The notes under the pieces were generated by a model. The model made no database searches, was not told where the DNA came from, and saw only the letters and a program-made list of their open reading frames with translations. 64,000 nucleotides of DNA, from positions 119,756-183,755 of IMG/VR virus record IMGVR_UViG_3300028388_004019. One strand, given 5' to 3'. The position numbers were made by a program, and so were the translations under genes. Shown here in pieces: positions 31,701 to 39,769 of this stretch; position 1 is the first letter of the stretch; every line of letters starts with the position of its first letter. Source of the stretch: a virus.

Positions 31701-32066
31701 ATTTCTTCTACAACACATTTCTGAATCTACAAAAGATTCAGCAATTGTTACAAATATTTGACTTTCAAGTGGAATTCTATACGTACCCTGACTATTTGTC
31801 ACAGTAAAGAAACCACTAAACCTACCTATTTTCTTTGTAAATTTTTTACTAAATTGGTAAGAAACAATATAACCATTATCTTTTTCTTCAACAGTTGCTG
31901 GTGAATTAGCGATTCTATAGATACCCGTTTCTACATCATACATAGAGAAGGTCACCGTTGAAGCGGAAATAAGAGAATCAAGTTGGTTATACCCGTTTCT
32001 TGATTCTTTTATCACTTCAACCTGAAGTTTAGGTAACGTACTATTTTTCTTTATAAAAAACTCCAT
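28716..32066 (-). CDS. Mucin-like virion protein: BppU-like N-terminus, T/P/S stalk, C-terminal LamG/ConA-like domain
   Basis: C-terminal NLDAGN...SYAGTGTVWTDL...FTYELWVNP...WYQVVLVWD...LYVNG...VRLYNISL is a LamG/ConA lectin-fold pattern. Confidence 0.85.
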   Translation of the reverse strand: MEFFIKKNSTLPKLQVEVIKESRNGYNQLDSLISASTVTFSMYDVETGIYRIANSPATVEEKDNGYIVSYQFSKKFTKKIGRFSGFFTVTNSQGTYRIPLESQIFVTIAESFVDSEMCCRRNKRTNFISLTAEYTDGSVVSKYTATSEFPVDTEVEIKFTNTITMSDGNDIVNNIILKILKGEKVGTYITRTNRDYNLVQGSSFYKDIKVDTETVSPEFRFVVEPKFEFETTLTPTPTASPSPTPSSTPASSNTPTPTQTPTMTVTPTISVSTTPSPTSTVTPTVSVTNSPTSTVTPSVTQTSSPTSTPAVTQTTTVTPTVSVSSTVTPTNTPTSTLSPTPSVTSTVTPTNTPTNTSSNTPTPTNTSSVTPTVTASVTNTPQPTITPDISPSPTITPTSTVTPTSSVTPTNTVTPSVSVSDTPGVSQTPTPTNTPESTVTPSVTYTPTNTPQPTDTPAPTVDLTATPIGTVTPSVSSTPAPTSDLTATPIGSATNTPTPTLTPSPTRTPRETVTPSVTNTPQPTLTISKTPTNTPTPSVTPTNTPTQTVTPSNTQTPTPSVTSSVTPTVTATNTPTQTVTSSVTASVTPTNTPTQTVTPSVTSSVTPTVTTTNTPTQTVTASITPTITQTNTPTQTVTPSVTSSVTPTVTATNTPTQTVTASITPTLTPTNTPTQTVTPSVTASVTPTVTATNTPTQTVTASVTSSVTPTNTPTQTITPTSTITPTVTSTVTPTVTQSETPGVTPTSTPTQTVTASLTPSITPSVTPTNTPTPSITLSVTPSVTSSVTPTQTVTPSLTSSVTPTVTVTNTPESTVTPTVTSTITPSVTSTVTPTFTPTQSVTPTDTPAPTMDFTATPFAESPTPTPTRTPQATSTPTPTSSITPSPTRTVTPSPTPPFVNNLIVNLDAGNEDSYAGTGTVWTDLQGNNNGTLINGPTYNSEFQGSIQTDGSNDYILIGRVPGTGTANQSFTYELWVNPLDNDGNIMSMSSENPQTAWNMPPISASSGRFNAKIWDNNLLTSDNTFTQGLWYQVVLVWDFPNRTQSLYVNGTLNDSQGGISYLSSNVDNFIFLGQQNPGADNTGMFAGRYSIVRLYNISLTAAQVLSNYNATLPRFT
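29916..30395 (-). repeat. Four tandem 40-codon higher-order repeats inside the mucin stalk
   Basis: [23 protein letters not shown](S/A)S(V/I)T..(V/I/L)T.TNTPTQT(V/I) x4. Confidence 0.8.
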
Positions 32067-32069
32067 CTA

Positions 32070-34094
32070 CTACTGTATACAATTTACATCAAATGCACAA
32101 GCCACATCATTCGCTATGAAATCAAAATCACAAGACGTCAAATCAATATTAAAATTAAAATAACATTGAGTAAGTGTCTCCAAACAATTTGGACACCAGA
32201 AGTCGAATAAATTATAAGTATCCCTCTCAATCCTGAAATTGTGTTGAACCTGAGGGGAACTCAATGGTTCAGTGTAGAATCTCATCTTCGAAATACCACC
32301 CATAAAAGTACCACCAAATGCAGGTTCCATCTCCATATTAGTTCTTAAATCACTTAATGATGTCCCTGAAAGTGTTTCATTCGGCATACATTCAGGGTCC
32401 TGAATATACGGACCTTCAAATGAGGTGCACCCTGATGGTATCAAACTTTCTCTTAAACCTTGTGTACCGCCACCCCATGATATTGTGTAAGGAACACCGA
32501 TTTGTTTTTCCTTTTCTGTGCTCAATTCGTGAGGTATAATTTCTTCAAAGTCTTCAATAACCATGAAAAGATAACCGTTCACATATAATCTTAATACCCC
32601 TCTTCGGTCATCAACTTGGTTCAACCACTTTTGGGTCCATTGGATTTCAGATACTTTGAAATCATTCAAACCACCTGGCTGTATGAGGTTCGTTGTAACA
32701 CCATAAGTCGACGCAGAATAAACCTCTTTTCTTATATCACCCAAACCACCGATATTTAATAGGTCACAATCCTCGAGATATTTGTATCTCTCGAACACCG
32801 CGGACAACATTACCCATCTTTCCAAAGTCCTTTCAGACTCACTGATTGGGAACCCACAGACATCATAGATACCTGCTGTAGAACACACTTCATTAATACA
32901 GTACCCTGATGAGAATGTTTGACCTGTAGTCTCACAACTTCCTGTCGTCACACAATCACCAGTATAACGAATGTATTTAACACATAATCGAGGATTTTTA
33001 GGGTCCCCACTCAATCTCAACGACATACCATTTGAAAGTATATCCAACCTCGGGTCTTGTGTTTGACCCGTCCAATTCACATTTGTACCTCTACATATCA
33101 ATCCATTATTCCTTGTCACGGTTGTGGCAGTGGTAGGATAAATCTTGAAACAACTTGAAGAAGTGACTCCTGTATCAGAACAAGCACATGTCTTAAAACA
33201 ATTCGCCAAGTTGCTTGTAACTCTTTGGTACTCTTCTACTGTTGCACCACTTATACTTACCCCAAAATCACAAGAAAAATCATTATAAGTTTCAACCATA
33301 CCGCTTGCAGGGTGATAAAACTTATCCTCAGCTCTTGCCCCAAAGAAGAAGAATGTACCGGCGTTGTCAGGATAGACATCATTCAAGTATTCTTGACGGT
33401 CCATCAAAGTATACTCCTCAACCTGACGTGGTTTGATTAATGTTTCCATCGTCCATCCCTTGTTAACCCTTTCAGGGAAGATTTCATAATCATAACCGTG
33501 TAATTTGTAGAAACCTTGGAAAAATCCACCATATAACTCTTGGTAGTACCCAACAGAACTATCTGACTTATTGACAATATTGTATATTGTTTCTTTGGTA
33601 TTTCCTGAAAATCTATGATTTGGTTGGTTAGTAAATGAACCTACAGGGTGTAATTTCATCCTTCTATCATGATATAGTGGGTCGTGTGTCCTCGCTGAGA
33701 ATACACCCATAGAATAGTATAAAGTATTACCTGTAATCTTATCAAAAAGACCAACATCAATCATTGTTAGTCCAGCATCACAAAGTCCTGTAAATCCTGT
33801 GTAACAACTCAAATCTTCATTGTTGGGATTGTAGTAATTTGTTGAAGTAAGTGTATTACCTGTATTCGGTACACCCCAAAATAGATTTGGTTGTGTTGTG
33901 GTACCTGTTTTTGTGAGGTCAAAATTAATCGGAAGACGGTTACCTTCATTTAATCCAATGACATCTTTTGAGAAGATTACCTCCTCATCATAATCACGCT
34001 CATCAGAAGCCAAAGTGATATCGAAATACTCACTTGTATCCAACCTAACCTTGAAACGTTTGTTATTATAATAGTTGATGCTTTGACCTGCCAT
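32070..34094 (-). CDS. Cys-rich putative structural protein, LamG-like C-terminus
   Basis: WTMETLIKP, LRLYVNG and GGISKMRFYTEPLS patterns; co-oriented with the fibre genes. Confidence 0.55.
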   Translation of the reverse strand: MAGQSINYYNNKRFKVRLDTSEYFDITLASDERDYDEEVIFSKDVIGLNEGNRLPINFDLTKTGTTTQPNLFWGVPNTGNTLTSTNYYNPNNEDLSCYTGFTGLCDAGLTMIDVGLFDKITGNTLYYSMGVFSARTHDPLYHDRRMKLHPVGSFTNQPNHRFSGNTKETIYNIVNKSDSSVGYYQELYGGFFQGFYKLHGYDYEIFPERVNKGWTMETLIKPRQVEEYTLMDRQEYLNDVYPDNAGTFFFFGARAEDKFYHPASGMVETYNDFSCDFGVSISGATVEEYQRVTSNLANCFKTCACSDTGVTSSSCFKIYPTTATTVTRNNGLICRGTNVNWTGQTQDPRLDILSNGMSLRLSGDPKNPRLCVKYIRYTGDCVTTGSCETTGQTFSSGYCINEVCSTAGIYDVCGFPISESERTLERWVMLSAVFERYKYLEDCDLLNIGGLGDIRKEVYSASTYGVTTNLIQPGGLNDFKVSEIQWTQKWLNQVDDRRGVLRLYVNGYLFMVIEDFEEIIPHELSTEKEKQIGVPYTISWGGGTQGLRESLIPSGCTSFEGPYIQDPECMPNETLSGTSLSDLRTNMEMEPAFGGTFMGGISKMRFYTEPLSSPQVQHNFRIERDTYNLFDFWCPNCLETLTQCYFNFNIDLTSCDFDFIANDVACAFDVNCIQ

Positions 34095-34147
34095 TCCCTT
34101 TTTTATGATAAATACTTTCTTTGTGGTATTTATAGTTAAAAAGTAAT

Positions 34148-34846
34148 ATGATTAAGTCCGATATCTTTAGAAAAGAGAAAGCTGCTTTATCAAAAGCCAA
34201 GGAATTGGGTTGTGAAGGTACTCACAAACACGATGGTGGTTTCATGCCTTGTAAGTCTCACAAAAAGTGGGAAGAACTTACGTCAAACGTAGATGGGGAG
34301 ATTGATGAGTTGGTAGATTTCGATGGTACAATGAACAGTTCAAAGATTCCAATCGTTGACCCTCATGTTTCACCTAAGAAAACAACCGACCAAACTGTGG
34401 CAGCCACAAGAACGGCACAAGACCCTTACGCTTTAGGTTTCAGAAGATACGTAGGTGAAGAAGACATGTCAGGAGCCTTCGGTTGGGAAGAGACTGAAGA
34501 TATGGGATTTGAAGATACAATCAAATACTTGGAAGATGAATTAGGTGTAGACAACGCCGAAGAAAGAGCTGAAGAAATGGGTAAGGACCCAAAGTTAGAA
34601 AAGAAAAAAACTGACGGAGCCTTCACAAGAATGAGACTTCAGGAAAAAGAAAAAATGTTCACCAAAGAACAAATAATGAAAATGAAAGAAGATTTATTGG
34701 TAGATAAAGATGCCGATAATGACATCAGACCATCAGACGAATCTGTTTCAAAAATCATTATGAGAAATATTAAGGCACTCAAGAAATTGGCTAATAAAGA
34801 AGGTATTAGTGTAAAACAACTTTCAAAATTATTGAATAATGAATAG
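34148..34846 (+). CDS. Hypothetical acidic protein with an N-terminal C/H motif
   Basis: GCEGTHKHDGGFMPCKSH; preceded by TATTTATA. Confidence 0.7.
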   Translation: MIKSDIFRKEKAALSKAKELGCEGTHKHDGGFMPCKSHKKWEELTSNVDGEIDELVDFDGTMNSSKIPIVDPHVSPKKTTDQTVAATRTAQDPYALGFRRYVGEEDMSGAFGWEETEDMGFEDTIKYLEDELGVDNAEERAEEMGKDPKLEKKKTDGAFTRMRLQEKEKMFTKEQIMKMKEDLLVDKDADNDIRPSDESVSKIIMRNIKALKKLANKEGISVKQLSKLLNNE

Positions 34847-35294
34847 TAACTTATATGATAGAAAGGCAAAATTACCTAAAACACTAATCAAACACTTAGA
34901 AGAGTGTGGTGGTATGGTAGAAGCAGACTCAAACACTGAAGGTTTCAATAGAAACAAAGAATTGAGAGAGTCAGGTGTTGTTACTTACCAACAAATCAAA
35001 AGAATCAAAAACTTCTTTGATAACTTTGAAGGTAATAAGGAAGATGCTCCTTTCATATTAAATGGTGGTGACCGCATGAACAAATGGTGTAACCACGTTT
35101 TGGACCACTGGCGAGCGGTAGATAAAGGTGGAAAGAAAAGAAAAGCCGATGGGGGAATGGAAAATCAATTTATCGATAACCATGAAAAAGATGGTATCAC
35201 TATGAACCCACATGATAAACATGAAAGAGGAATAAATAAATTTGATACTTCTATACAAGAAAGTATTACAAAAAGATTCAAAAGATTAATATAA
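34839..35294 (+). CDS. Hypothetical protein
   Basis: ORF overlapping its neighbours in an operon. Confidence 0.7.
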   Translation: MNSNLYDRKAKLPKTLIKHLEECGGMVEADSNTEGFNRNKELRESGVVTYQQIKRIKNFFDNFEGNKEDAPFILNGGDRMNKWCNHVLDHWRAVDKGGKKRKADGGMENQFIDNHEKDGITMNPHDKHERGINKFDTSIQESITKRFKRLI

Positions 35295-35295
35295 A

Positions 35296-35592
35296 ATGGC
35301 TGAACAAAATGACAAGTTAGATTTCTCACAACCAAAAAACTCTTTGAGTGAGATTGCTGATAGAGAAAGAGGAAGACTTTTTCCTCGTAACGACTATTCA
35401 CCTGTTTCTGATAAGTATTCTGCGGAACATCCTAATGCAATGGCTGACGGTGACGATGAAGGTAGAGGAACAGGTTCATTCTTGGATGTACATAATTTCG
35501 GTGCCGGAACTACTACTGACATCAATGAAAGAAACGATGACATCAAAATCAATAAATACAACTATAAGAACGGTTATAAAGTAGAAGAATAA
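35296..35592 (+). CDS. Hypothetical protein
   Basis: ORF tightly packed in an operon. Confidence 0.65.
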   Translation: MAEQNDKLDFSQPKNSLSEIADRERGRLFPRNDYSPVSDKYSAEHPNAMADGDDEGRGTGSFLDVHNFGAGTTTDINERNDDIKINKYNYKNGYKVEE

Positions 35593-35987
35593 TGAGACTA
35601 CAAGAAACCCTTAGAAGTGTTCTTTTAGAAGTGGCATCGATGGATGACATTCAAAGAGCAATTAAACAAAAACAGGTTGCCACCATTTTCTACGATGGTG
35701 ACGAACCTGGTGGTCGTGGTCTCAGGACCGTAGAACCAGTATGTTTGGGTTTCTCAAAAGCAGGTAACAGAGTAGTCAGAGTATGGGACATGGAAGGTGC
35801 TTCCCACACCGCCAGAACAGGTGAACAACCTCTACCAGGATGGAGATTGATGAGGTTAGATAAGATTATGACATTCAAACCTACAGGTGAAAACTTTACA
35901 ACTCCACGACCAGGCTATAACTTTAATGGTGATAAGAGCATGACAAGAGTCATAATCAACGCACAATTTGATAACAACAATGAATAA
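35592..35987 (+). CDS. Stand-alone WYL-domain protein
   Basis: IFYDG...RTVEPVCLG...VRVWD...GWRLMRLDKI. Confidence 0.7.
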   Translation: MRLQETLRSVLLEVASMDDIQRAIKQKQVATIFYDGDEPGGRGLRTVEPVCLGFSKAGNRVVRVWDMEGASHTARTGEQPLPGWRLMRLDKIMTFKPTGENFTTPRPGYNFNGDKSMTRVIINAQFDNNNE

Positions 35988-36579
35988 CGATTTAATGCAA
36001 AAATTAGCGATGTCCAAGAAAATTATGGACGCGTCAGATAGAATCAAGCCGGGACAGGCACAAGGTGGTCTTCCCATGACAGAGAATATTAATGCCACAT
36101 ATAATATCCCTCAGGATATGATGCAACAACCAGTTCCTCAACAACCACCACAACAAATGGTACAGGCACAACAGACGTCTCAACCACAACCAGTAACTGA
36201 AAGTAAAATTCAAAATTCTAAGTTACCTGATGAAATAAAACAATTGATGATGGAACACCCTATTCAACAACCAGCTTTCGGTGGTGGTAGTGGTACAGTT
36301 CTTTCAGATGATGTTATCGAAGGAGCACAGAGACTGATGGGGAACACTCCTAAACAACCTGTAACGGAAAATGTTTCTATACCGACAACAAACAACTCAG
36401 ATTTGAAACAAATGATTCGTGACGTTGTTAGAGATACTGTTAGGGATGTAGTCAGAGAAGAATTACAAAGTGCTGGAATGATTATGGAAGGTAATACAAA
36501 AACCAACGAATCATTACAACTTAGAGTGGGTAAACACGTATTCGAAGGTAAGGTTACAAAAATTAAGAAAGTAAAATAA
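35980..36579 (+). CDS. Hypothetical Gln/Pro-rich protein
   Basis: ORF; likely start is the ATG at 35980. Confidence 0.7.
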   Translation: MNNDLMQKLAMSKKIMDASDRIKPGQAQGGLPMTENINATYNIPQDMMQQPVPQQPPQQMVQAQQTSQPQPVTESKIQNSKLPDEIKQLMMEHPIQQPAFGGGSGTVLSDDVIEGAQRLMGNTPKQPVTENVSIPTTNNSDLKQMIRDVVRDTVRDVVREELQSAGMIMEGNTKTNESLQLRVGKHVFEGKVTKIKKVK

Positions 36580-36634
36580 CCACCCCCTTTTCTTATTACT
36601 GATTTTATCTTATACTTTTAACAAAATTGAAAGT

Positions 36635-37852
36635 ATGTCAAAGATAAAAGTATTAGTATTACCCTCAGACCGTACAGGGGTGGGTAAATTCCGTTCTGTC
36701 GAACCTCACATTTTCTTACAACAATCCTACCCCGAAGATTTTCACGTAGACATTGATTATGAACCAAAAATGGAAGATATCAATTATTGGAAACAATATG
36801 ATATGGTCCATTTTCATAGGTCAATAGGTAAGAGTCCTGAAAACTCCATTCAAATTATTAAAATGTTGAATGATTTGGGTATCGTTACTGTTATGGATTT
36901 GGACGACTACTGGTTACCCACAAAAGAACATCCCGCACACAACTTAGTCGTAAAGAACGATTTACACAAAAAAATTATAGCAAATCTTAAGTTGGCTCAG
37001 TATGTGACAACCACGACTACTATATTTGCAGATGAGATTAAAAAATATAATAAAAATATTTTTATCTTACCCAACGCCATCAATCCCAACGAACCTCAAT
37101 TCCAAGCGGAGACTAAACCTTCTGATAAGTTGAGATTTGGATGGTTGGGTGGTTCTTCTCACTTGCACGATTTAAAACTATTAGATGGTACATTCAATAG
37201 ATTATCATCAATCAAAGACCAATACAGACTTTATCTCTGTGGGTTTGATATCAGAGGGACCATCACTGAAATCAATAGACAAACAGGTCAACAAAACACA
37301 AGACCTATCAAACCACATGAGACAGTGTGGTACAACTATGAAAAGATTTTTACCAATGATTATAAATTGGTAAATCCTGAACATAAAGAATTTTTACATA
37401 AATTCATACCCAATGAAAATTATACTATAGAGGACGACCCATTCTATACACGTGTTTGGACAGAACCTGTTACCGCATATGCTAAAAATTATGCAAACTT
37501 CGACGTATCTTTAGCACCACTTAAAAATCATATCTTTAATAGAGTGAAATCACAATTAAAAGTTATTGAGGCTGGTTTTTACAAAAAGGCATTGATTGCC
37601 TCAGATATTGGTCCTTACACTATAGACTTGAAACATTCATTAAAAAATGGTAACTTTGTGGATGGAAATGCTTTGTTGGTTAAAGAAAATAGAAATCACT
37701 CTGATTGGTCGAAGTTTATGAAAAAACTTATTGATAACCCGTCATGGGCTGAAGATTTGGGTGAGAGACTATATGAAACAGTATCCAAAACCTATGACTT
37801 AAATATTGTAACTGAAACACGAGCACAAATTTATAAGGAGATTACAAAATGA
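36635..37852 (+). CDS. Glycosyltransferase, GT-B (GT4-like)
   Basis: DLDDYW, LPNAIN, FGWLGGSSHLHDL, FNRVKSQLKVIEAG, IASDIGPY. Confidence 0.85.
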   Translation: MSKIKVLVLPSDRTGVGKFRSVEPHIFLQQSYPEDFHVDIDYEPKMEDINYWKQYDMVHFHRSIGKSPENSIQIIKMLNDLGIVTVMDLDDYWLPTKEHPAHNLVVKNDLHKKIIANLKLAQYVTTTTTIFADEIKKYNKNIFILPNAINPNEPQFQAETKPSDKLRFGWLGGSSHLHDLKLLDGTFNRLSSIKDQYRLYLCGFDIRGTITEINRQTGQQNTRPIKPHETVWYNYEKIFTNDYKLVNPEHKEFLHKFIPNENYTIEDDPFYTRVWTEPVTAYAKNYANFDVSLAPLKNHIFNRVKSQLKVIEAGFYKKALIASDIGPYTIDLKHSLKNGNFVDGNALLVKENRNHSDWSKFMKKLIDNPSWAEDLGERLYETVSKTYDLNIVTETRAQIYKEITK

Positions 37853-38469
37853 TAGATAAACGATTTACATATGATAGGTATTTACAATGGGATGGAAAAA
37901 CATTTCAAATTTCGGCATATGAAAATGAAAATTATATTTACGTACCGATACCAAAATGTGGTTCAACAACTATGAATAAAAGATTAAATTTAAAATCACC
38001 ATTTTATCCAAGAATCGATATTATGGATTTAAAGAATAAAAATAAATTTAAATTTACATTTGTCAGAAATCCATATGCTAGGTTATTAAGTTGTTGGAAC
38101 GGAAAAATTAAAAATAGATTAGGTAGTCAAATAACTAAAATGGAAGGTTTCAATTATGATATGTCTTTTAATGAGTTTGTCAGAAAAGTATATTTAACAC
38201 CAGATTATTTATGTGACCAACATTTTGCACCAATAACAACTATTGTTGAGGATTTATCATTTGATTTTATTGGTAAATTAGAAAATTTTGAAGAAGATTA
38301 TGTTAAATTACAAAAAAAAATAAATTTACCAAATGCTACACAAAAATTGGCAATGACCAATGTAGGTAAAAAATATGAAAGTTACTTTACAACGGAACTA
38401 TACGAATTAGTGAACGAAAAATATGATAAAGATTTTAAGAAATTCAATTATAAAAAAATATTAAAATGA
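37849..38469 (+). CDS. Sulfotransferase family 2 (carbohydrate sulfotransferase-like)
   Basis: 5'-PSB motif IPKCGSTT, 3'-PB motif FVRNPYARLLS, HFAP, FIGKLE. Confidence 0.85.
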   Translation: MIDKRFTYDRYLQWDGKTFQISAYENENYIYVPIPKCGSTTMNKRLNLKSPFYPRIDIMDLKNKNKFKFTFVRNPYARLLSCWNGKIKNRLGSQITKMEGFNYDMSFNEFVRKVYLTPDYLCDQHFAPITTIVEDLSFDFIGKLENFEEDYVKLQKKINLPNATQKLAMTNVGKKYESYFTTELYELVNEKYDKDFKKFNYKKILK

Positions 38470-39167
38470 TAAACGCACCGAAGACAAAACTATTATTTTT
38501 TGACTTAGAAACTGTTGGTATTGAACAGGACTTCAAGACATTGAAAAAGAACAAACCCGAACTTGCAAAATTGTTTGAGTCCTACCAAGGTTGGTTATTA
38601 AAACGATACCCTGAAGAGGAAGGTAATTCCATCGAAGAAATGTTTTATAACAAGGCGGCCCTTATTCCTGAGTTCGCAAAAATTATAGTGGCGTCTTTTG
38701 CCTTTTATGCTCCCGATGGGAAAATACACAAACAAACATTCTCTTCAGATGAAGAGATAGAAGTATTAACGGAAATTAAAAACCTACTCACCAAAGTGGG
38801 TAAATTGGATTTCTTCCTTTGTGGACACAATATTAAAAACTTTGACATCCCAATGATTGGTAAACGAATGATTATCAATGGGATGAAACCACCATCACTT
38901 ATCCCACAATACGACACAAAACCGTGGGACATCAAAGCAGTGGATACAATGGAGATTTGGAAGTTTGGAAACAACTTCTCAATGGCATCATTGGAACTTA
39001 TGTGTGTTTCCATGGGTGTTTCATCACCTAAAGAAGGAGAGGTAACAGGAAACATCGTACATCAAACATATTGGGAGACCGAAGCGTTGGACCCAATCGC
39101 TACATATTGTGAAGAAGATGTTGATGTATTGGCAAAATTAATGGATAAAATTTATAACTTAGTATAA
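38466..39167 (+). CDS. PolB-related 3'-5' exonuclease
   Basis: FFDLET, GHNIKNFDIP, YCEEDV (DEDD-type). Confidence 0.8.
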   Translation: MINAPKTKLLFFDLETVGIEQDFKTLKKNKPELAKLFESYQGWLLKRYPEEEGNSIEEMFYNKAALIPEFAKIIVASFAFYAPDGKIHKQTFSSDEEIEVLTEIKNLLTKVGKLDFFLCGHNIKNFDIPMIGKRMIINGMKPPSLIPQYDTKPWDIKAVDTMEIWKFGNNFSMASLELMCVSMGVSSPKEGEVTGNIVHQTYWETEALDPIATYCEEDVDVLAKLMDKIYNLV

Positions 39168-39769
39168 TGGGAAAATTTAAGGATATGACAGAGGGTCTCA
39201 AGATGTTGAAAGACCTACAAAAGAATTTGGGTGGTATGAGTAATATGACTGACCCACAAGAAATGTTGAATTCATTAGGTTTGGACATGGACCAATTAAA
39301 TGAGCAGTTTATTCAACAAACCACACCTCAAACTACATTGAGATATTCATATAAATCAGTAAATAAAGAACCTGAATATGCGTACCCAACAGATTCAGGA
39401 TTTGATTTGAGGGCAAATGAGAAAGTCACATTGGAACCTTTAGATAGATTTTTGATTTCTACAGGATTATTTTTGGATATCCCTGAAGGTTATGAAATAC
39501 AAGTTAGACCTAAGAGCGGTTTAGCAATCAACAAAGGTATTTCTGTACTAAATACTCCCGGCACTGTTGATGAGGGTTATACAGGTGAGATTAAAGTTGT
39601 AGTAATAAATCTCAGTAATAAATCACACACTGTTGAAGTTGGTGATAAAATTGCTCAAGCGGTTTTGACACCAGTAATGGCGGGTAAGTTTGTTAATTTA
39701 CAAAGAGTACTAAATGTGGATGATAAAGACCGTGGAGATAACGGATTCGGCTCAACAGGTACACGATGA
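39167..39769 (+). CDS. dut: Trimeric dUTPase with an N-terminal extension
   Basis: SGFDL, KSGLA, GTVDEGYTGEI, IAQ, RGDNGFGSTG. Confidence 0.92.
   Translation: MGKFKDMTEGLKMLKDLQKNLGGMSNMTDPQEMLNSLGLDMDQLNEQFIQQTTPQTTLRYSYKSVNKEPEYAYPTDSGFDLRANEKVTLEPLDRFLISTGLFLDIPEGYEIQVRPKSGLAINKGISVLNTPGTVDEGYTGEIKVVVINLSNKSHTVEVGDKIAQAVLTPVMAGKFVNLQRVLNVDDKDRGDNGFGSTGTR

Noticed and set aside
25491-32066. CRISPR array or DGR template in the repetitive region
   Set aside because: The repeats are degenerate, codon-phased and lack spacers; no reverse transcriptase or adenine-specific variation was seen
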